A model generated the notes under the pieces. The model saw nothing but the letters and a program-made list of their open reading frames with translations, was not told where the DNA came from and did no database searches. Shown piece by piece: positions 56,290 to 64,000 of a stretch of DNA of 64,000 nt. The stretch comes from Octopus vulgaris (Eukaryota). The stretch covers positions 28,210,001 through 28,274,000 of the forward strand of contig OX597841.1 of the NCBI GenBank assembly GCA_951406725.2, written 5' to 3'. Numbering within the stretch: the first letter of the stretch is position 1; each line of letters opens with the position of its first letter. Both the position numbers and the translations under genes were made by a program.

Positions 56290-58611
56290 ATTGGGTGAAA
56301 TTGTAGAATTTATTGGGAAAACAATCAGCAGAATTGGAATTATAAGGATTTTGAAAACAATGAATAAATTGAAAACATTTTAACATTCCAGCCAAAATCG
56401 CCACCGATTCTTATAAAATTCACCAATTTGACAGAAAATAAATTAAGATTTCAAAAAAGAAAGGAACAGTGGGAATAATTTTTTACATGATTTTTTTTTG
56501 TCTTTTTTTACCTCAGGATGTAAAAATATGACACCATTGGTACAGAAATAAAAAAAAAATTTTAAAAAAATGTTCAAGATGGTGCTAAATACCACCAGGC
56601 ATTGTGTCCCCAAAATTCACTGGAATTTAATTTACATTACACCAACAGTGGAGGAGTAAAGAAGGTAGAAACTGACCCAGATAGGAATTGAACACAGAAT
56701 GTGAAAAGAAATTTATGCAAGGCTGTGTTCTGTTGCTTGAACCCTGGTTGTGAGATGTGCTAAAAATAACAGCTAAACAGGCCTTAAATCATGCCCCCCA
56801 CCCACCTACCATTAAAAAAAATTCTTCTTTTGCATAATCATATATGTAGAGTACAAAATTCACAAAGGGTTATATGCCATACGTTAAACACACCTGGCCC
56901 CTGTGCCAGTGGCACGTAAAAAGCACCCACTACACTCACGGAGTGGTTGGCATTAGGAAGGGCATCCAGCTGTAGAAACACTGCCAGGTCAAACTGGAGT
57001 CTGGTGCAGCCTCCTGGCTTCCCAGACCCCAGTCGAACTTTCCAACCATGCTAGCATGGAAAACGGACATTAAACGATGATGAAGGCGTTAGGAAGGGCA
57101 CCCAGTGGTAGAAACACTGCCAGATCAAACTGGAGCCTGATGCAGCCTCCTGACTTCCCAGACCCCGGTTGAACTGTCCAACCATGCTAGCATGGAAAAT
57201 GGATGTTAAACGATGATGATGATGAAAACCTTATGTGGACCCTCAAGGGCCATATGGAAAAATTCATGATTCTTATGTCTTTATCTACAGTGATGGTTCT
57301 CAACCAGAGTCCATAAGGCATATGTGCACATAAGAATATGTAAACGCATAAACAGTCTGTAAACTTCTGAGGGGATTTGGTAGATGGAAACTGAAAGAAG
57401 CAGTGTCTCTCGTTTCCAGCCCTTCTCTGGAAACATGTCTGGCAACAGGGTTAGGGTTGGTGACGGAAGGCATGAGACTGTAGAAGACCTGCGCCTCAGC
57501 GAATTCCACCCGACTCATGCGAGCCATGGAAGAATGGATAAATGGAAAAGCCCTGGTCTTTATTAGTGATAAAAGACCAGAGCTTTTACCTTAGGTATCT
57601 TTAATCGTTAAAACATGTATCAGAAGACGATTAAAAAACTTGGAGCAGGGAGAGAAAAAAAAAAAAAAAAAAAAAACTACTCTCAATACAAATTGAGACA
57701 CATTACACTTGGTGCTACCAACCTTCAATTAAGGTAATACATAAAAATTCCCGTAGTCTTTATGTTGCAAAATAATTCACATTAAAGACCCCCTTCGGTC
57801 ATGAATGACCATGGGATTGCACCTAGAAAGTTACCCTCCTAGACACAAGTCCGGGCAAGATTGTTTATGGAAGACCAGCAGTCGCCCATGCATACCAGCC
57901 TCCCCTCTCCACGCCACCAGTGTTATCCAAGGGAAAGGCAAAGGGGCCGATACAGCTTGGCACCTGTGACGTCGCAACTCATTTCTACAGCTGAGTGAAC
58001 TGGAGCAACGTGAAATAAAGTGCCTTGCTCAAGAACACAACACCCCTTTAGTATTTAACCTAGCCAGATCTGACCTCTCTCACCTACCCTACAATGTCAT
58101 TCTAAATAAAAAAAAAAATAATTATTAGATTATTGGAATCTCATGGCTATGAGGCAAGGAGATACAAGAGTAGTGTGTGTGTATGTGTGGTTTCGGTGAG
58201 TCTGTCGTAAAGAGAGGGGAAATGGAAACAAAAAAAAAAAAAAAGAGGCATTTATGGTAAAGATGGGCTAGATTCAGCTGTCGAAGTTATATACAACCAA
58301 TGAAAGACACAGAAATACACACACACACACACACATATATATATAAAAATATTTCTTTTTTTTAATGATGATAATATCAAAATCGACAGTGTTCCAAAAG
58401 TAGGGGGGGGTTACGCTGTACATATATAGCATTTGGTGTGGTGTGTAGTTGAGAAAGAGGGGAAATATAAAGAATGCAAGAGAACGATATATACATATAC
58501 ATACACATGTGCGTGTGTGTATATAAATATATATATATATGCATGTATATATATATCTATATACATGCATATATGTGTATGTGTATATATATATATATAT
58601 ATACATATGTG

Positions 58612-58652
<41 letters not shown>

Positions 58653-59053
58653 GCATATATGTGTATGTGTATATATATGTGTGTGTGTGTATGGATTTGT
58701 GTGTGCATATATATATATATGCTTGTTTATATATATATATTATGCATGTTTTGTATATATATATATATATATATATGCATGTTTTTATTTATATATATAT
58801 TTTCATGTTTTGTATATATATAAATTTTCATGTTTATATATATATATATATATTTTCATGTTTTGTATATATATATATATATTTTCATGTTTTGTATATA
58901 TATATATATATTTTCATGTTTTGTATATATATATATATATATTTATGTTTTGTATATATATATATATATATATATTTTCATGTTTTGTATATATATATAT
59001 ATATATATATATTTTCATGTTTTGTATATATATATATATATATTTTCATGTTT

Positions 59054-59091
<38 letters not shown>

Positions 59092-59325
59092 TGTTTATAT
59101 ATATATATTTCATGTTTTGTATATACATATATGTAACCTTTATATATATATATTTCATGTTTTGTATATATATATATGTAACCTTTATATTTATATTTAT
59201 ATATATATATATATACTGAAAGACCAAAGCGAAGCAGAGAAAGTAGGTAAAAAGAGAAAAAGAGATGAGGGAGTTAGAGGCACTACACCAAAAGGGACCA
59301 GATAAACCTATACCCACACCAGATA
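56290..59325 (-). other. Putative CDC20 3' UTR (end uncertain)
   Basis: Follows the stop codon and is U-rich on the minus strand. Candidate AATAAA signals (plus-strand TTTATT) lie near 58784, 57559 and 56309. Extent is inferred. Confidence 0.35.
58490..59215. repeat. Compound (TA)n / TTTTCATGTTTTG(TA)n minisatellite
   Basis: CATGTTTTG motif recurs about ten times, separated by variable TA runs, starting about 110 bp after the CDC20 stop. Confidence 0.9.
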
Positions 59326-59507
59326 CTACCGAATTGTAGACAATCGGATCATGCCTGGCACGAGGGCCTTATTGTTCTTCTCAGCCTTCTTCTTTTGCTC
59401 GGAGCCTGCAAAGCACTTCCAGAGTCGCAGGGTCTCATCTGCTCCAGCAGACACCACCGTCGACCCATCTGGGGACATAGCCAAGTGTAGGATGCGCGCT
59501 GTGTGAC
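59326..59507 (-). CDS. CDC20: CDC20/Fizzy APC/C co-activator, terminal coding exon (last WD40 blade and IR tail)
   Basis: Acceptor ttttgcag precedes 59507. Phase-1 exon reads (G)HTARILHLAMSPDGSTVVSAGADETLRLWKCFAGSEQKKKAEKNNKALVPGMIRLSTIR*, with TAG at 59328-59326. The SPDG..V.SA.ADETLRLW.CF motif and terminal IR fit CDC20 better than FZR1 (GAGDETLRFW). Confidence 0.96.
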
Positions 59508-61482
59508 CTGCAAAATAGTAAATTTAATATTAATGATGGTTTCAGATTTTGGATATAGGGCCAGCAGTTTTTATGAAAGGTACGGGGTGGCATGAGGGGA
59601 AATAGAACACATTGACCCTAGTGTATACTCTTTTACTCGTTTCAGTCATTTGACTGCGGCCATGCTGGAGCACCGCCTTTAGTCGAGCAAATCGACCACG
59701 GGACTCATTCTTTGTAAGCCTAGTAATTATTCTATCGGTCTCTTTTACTTGTTTCAGTCATTTGACTGCAGCCATGCTGGAGCACCGCCTTTAGTCGAGC
59801 AAGTCGACCCCGGGACTCATTCTTTGCAAGCACAGTACTTATTCTATCGGTCTGTTTTGCTGAACCGCTAAGTGACGGGGACGTAAACACACCAGCATCG
59901 GTTGTCAAGCAATGTTAGGGGGACAAACACACATATATATATACATATAGACGACAGGCTTCCTTCAGTTTCCGTCTACCAAATCCACTCACAAGGCATT
60001 GGTCAGCCCAGGGCTATAGCAGAAGACACCTTACCCAAGATACCACGCAGTGGGACTGAACCCGGAACCATGTGGTTGGTTAGCAAGCTACTTACCACAC
60101 AGCCACTCCTGCGCCTATATGACTGGTATTATTATTTTTCCTTTTTTGACCTTGAAAAAATGAAAGGCTAAGTTGACCTTGGCTGAACATTGAGCCAGAA
60201 GAAATCTTGCAAAACACTGTTAATGTTTCTGCCAGCTTGCCACAATGATGATGATGATCATCATCATCACCGTCTAACGTCCGTTTTCCATGCTAGCATG
60301 GGTTGGACGGTTCAACTGGGGTCTGGGAAGCCAGAAGGTTGCACCAGGCTCCAGTCTGATCTGGCAGTGTTTCTACGGCTGGATGCCCTTCCTAACGCCA
60401 ACCACTCCGTGAGTGTAGTGGGTGCTTTTACATGCCCACCTGCACAGGAGATGATGATGATAATAATAACGGTTTCAAATTTTGCCACAAGGCAGCAGTT
60501 TGTGGGGAGGAGATGAGTCGATTACATTGACCCCAGCACACAACTGGTACTTATTTTATCAACCCCAAAAGGAATGAAAGATAAATTTGACTGGCAGAAT
60601 TTGAACTCAGAACGTAGCAACGGACGAAATACCTATTTCTTTATTACCCACAAGGGGCTAAACATAGAGGGGACAAACAAGGACAGACATAGGTATTAAG
60701 TCGATTACATCGACCCCAGTGCGTAACTGGTACTTAATTTATCGACCCCGAAAGGATGAAAGGCAAAGTCGACCTCGGCGGAATTTGAACCCAGAACGTA
60801 ACAACAGACGAAATACCTATTTCTTTATTACCCACAAGGGGCTAAACATACAGGGGACAAACAAGGACAGAAATAGGTATTAATTCGATTACATCGACCC
60901 CAGTGCATAACTGGTACTTAATTTATCGACCCAGGATGAAATACCGCTACTAATCCTTTCTACTGCAGGCACAAGGCCTGAAATTTTGGGAGAGGGGACT
61001 AATCGATTACATTGACCCTCCAGTGCTTCACTGGTACTGAAATTTATCAGCCCTGAAAGGATGAAAGACAAAATAAACCTCAGTGGGACTTGAACTCTGC
61101 CTTGCTAAGCCAAATCAGACCTAGTGTATCTTCTTTCTTGATTCATTTTTTATAACCCCAGGCTAGTCCTGATCCAACCGATCTATGATCAAAGGGATTC
61201 TGGCATATGACCATCACAACTTTTATTGAGATCTAGCGTATCTAAATCTGTCTGATGTGTGCATTGTTGTTGTTCTTTAGCCCTTTACTCTTACTTGTTT
61301 CAGTCATTTGACTGTGGCCATGCTGGAGCACCGCATTTAGTCGAGCAAATCGACCCCAGGACTTATTCTTTGTAAGCCTTGTACTTATTATATCGGTCTC
61401 TTTTTGCCAAACAGCCAAGTTACGGCGACGTAAACACACCAGCATCGGTTGTCAAGCAATGCTTGGGAGACAAACACAGACA

Positions 61483-61528
<46 letters not shown>

Positions 61529-62123
61529 TACAACGGGCTTCTTTCAGTTTCCGTCCACCAAATCCACTCACAAGGCTTTGGTCAGCCTGAGGCTATAGCA
61601 GAAGACACTTGCCCAAGGTGCCACGCAGTGGGACTGAATCCGGAACCATGTGGTTCGCAAGCAAGCTACTTACCACACAGCCACTCTTACGCCTGGTCAG
61701 CCCTTATCCACTCCTCCTATGTTTATAGGTGTTCCAGCCAGCCGTGACCATCCCATCCTGTATTCCTACACAAAGTATCTAGGACGACCTCCAGTGTCCA
61801 ACCTAATACGAATATGCATTCAAGGGAGATAAACCAATATCATACTGAACTAAAATTCTCTCCCTTAGTTCCAGTTGCTAAGCAACAATTACTCTTATCA
61901 CCTCAACGATCATTATAATACGGCAGGAGAGGTCAACACAGGAGTGGGGAAAAGGAATTGGATTAAGGGTCAAAGGTCATACAGCTAAGGAAACCCATCA
62001 CTGCTTGTCCAAGTCCTGAATTAACATAATATTTAAACCAGCCATGTCCAGCCCAAATATATTTGTTTTATGTTCAAATGTGCTAAGGATTAGGCCAATT
62101 TGCCACCTTAATTGGTCACTTAC

Positions 62124-62241
62124 CTGTCAGTTCAGCTACTTTCGTCATGGACGGATACTTCCAGATGGTCAGTTGATGTTGTGCATAACCATGACCAGAG
62201 ATCAGTTCCCTGTGCTCGGCCGACCATAACATAGCACAAAC
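62124..62241 (-). CDS. CDC20: CDC20 penultimate coding exon (118 bp)
   Basis: Acceptor ttattattgctag and donor G|gtaagt. Reads [39 protein letters not shown](G) and splices in frame to the 59507 exon. Upstream exons were not found in the window. Confidence 0.96.
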
Positions 62242-62383
62242 CTAGCAATAATAAAAGAAACAAATTGAATGCTTAATTTAATTATATTACAGTTAACATG
62301 GCTTAGTGGTTAGGGTGTTGGACTCAGGATCATAAGATTGTGGGTTCAATTCCTGGACCGGGTGACACATTTTATTCTTGAGC

Positions 62384-62720
62384 GCCCACAGCATCATAAG
62401 CAGAAAGTGTAACCTCTCGAAAGAGCTGTTCTTCACTCCTGCTCCAGAGCGTCGGCTGCGGGGTCATTCCGAAAAGCTCTACCTGCGACGATTTCATCTC
62501 AATCGAAGGAGAGGAGCTTTCTCCGTCCGGGTTGCGGATCCGTGGAACAAGCTGCCAGACGAGATGGTGAAGATGCCGACGACCGCTTTGTTCAAAGCCT
62601 CCCTTGACCTCAAGTGGCCTGAACTCTTTACATGAACACCACCCTGTACTTAACTCCATGTCCCCCTACATGGCCTTGCTATTTGCTTTTGAGCCAAATT
62701 AACTAACTAACTAACTAACT
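62384..62720 (+). mobile_element. CR1-like LINE 3' end in a CDC20 intron, antisense to the gene
   Basis: LRGHSEKL...FSVRVADPWNKLPDEMV...FKASLD*, short UTR and (AACT)n tail; splits a SINE (62298-62383 / 62720-62850). Confidence 0.85.
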
Positions 62721-63846
62721 TCATTTCATATCGCTCTAGTCCATTCTAATGGCAAAAGTGAGTAAACTTGCAATGGACTGGTGTCCTATCCAGGTGGGGA
62801 ATATGTCAGAAAAACATGGAAACTGGCCCTATAAGCCTGTGGCTCAAGAAATCATCATCATCATCTATTTCTTTACTACCCACAAGGGGCTAAACATAGA
62901 GAGGACAAACAAGGTCAGACACACGGATTAAGTCAATTATATCGACCCCAGTGAGTAACTGGTACATATTTAATCGACCCTGAAAGGGTGAAAGGCAAAG
63001 TCGACCTCGGCGGAATTTGAACTCAGAACATAACAGCAGACGAAATACCGCTAAGCATTTCGCCCGGCGTGCTAACGTTTCTGCCAGCTTGCCGCCTTTC
63101 ATCATCGTTTAACGTCCGTTCTCCATGCTAGCATGGGTTGGACGGTTCGACCGGGGATCTGGGAAGCCAGAAGGCTGCACCAGGCTCCAGTCTGATCTGG
63201 CAGTGTTTCTACAGCTGGATGCCCTTCCTAACGCCAACCACTCCGTGAGTGTAGTGGGTGCTTTTTACGTGCCACCCTCTTTAATCTCTCTTTTACTCAT
63301 TGCCGTCATGAGTTCAATTCTCTGCAATGCGTCATCCTAGAGCAAAGCACCTCATTTCATGTTACCCCAGTCCAGTCAACTGGCAAAAACAACTAGACCC
63401 TATATTTCAAAGGGTCAGCCTTGTCACACTGAATCTACATTAGGGGTACACATATCTGTGGAGTGCACAGCTACGAACAGGTTGTTCTGTTCATAAGATC
63501 GCTGGTACTCTTGTCATTGTAACTGATAGGGGGCTAGTGAATGTGTTTGTGGTCAGGGTGTTGGATTCATGATTCTAAGATTATGGCTTTGGTTCACAGT
63601 GTTCTTGAGCAAGGTACTTCACTTCACATTGCCCCAGTCCACTCAGCTGGTAAAAATGAGTAGTTCTGCAACAGACCAGCATCTTACCCAGGAGTGGCTG
63701 TGAGGTAAGTAGCTTGCTTACCAACCATATGGTTCCTGGTTCAGTCCCACTGCATGGCACCTTGGGCAAGTCTCTTCTACTATAGCCTTGTGAGTGGATT
63801 TGGTAGATGGAAACTGAAAGAAGCCCGTCGTATATATGTGTGTATA

Positions 63847-63892
<46 letters not shown>

Positions 63893-64000
63893 CAGGAGTG
63901 GCTGTGTGGTAAGTAGCTTGTTTACGAACCACATGGTCCCGGGTTCAGTCCCACTGCGTGACACCTTGGGCAAGTCTCTTCTACTATAGCCTTGGGCCAA

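Noticed and set aside
58745-59200. Repeated TGTATATA Pumilio-like motifs
   Set aside because: They are on the plus strand, antisense to CDC20, and expected by chance in TA repeats.

Overview
Eukaryotic, repeat-saturated animal DNA. The SINE families, microsatellite load and Dong/R4, RTE and Penelope relics suggest an octopus-like cephalopod (inference). Nearly all ORFs in the supplied track are microsatellite or SINE noise. The only host gene is missed by that track: the last two coding exons of CDC20/Fizzy on the minus strand (62124-62241, 59326-59507), ending in the IR tail. Bases 1-6886 are duplicated at 14684-25685, with a 100-N gap after copy A. Most notable: (1) at least five type-I hammerhead ribozyme motifs in Penelope-like relics next to (TA)n tracts, three with self-complementary, dimer-type stem III; (2) a 36 x 144-bp satellite made of a mariner left end, followed by a fold-back of the same element; (3) hAT-MITE tandem arrays (5 and 10 units) bounded by one outer 8-bp TSD, as if moved as a composite; (4) invariant non-repeat islands within the otherwise diverged duplication. 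Alignments, folds and counts were done by eye.
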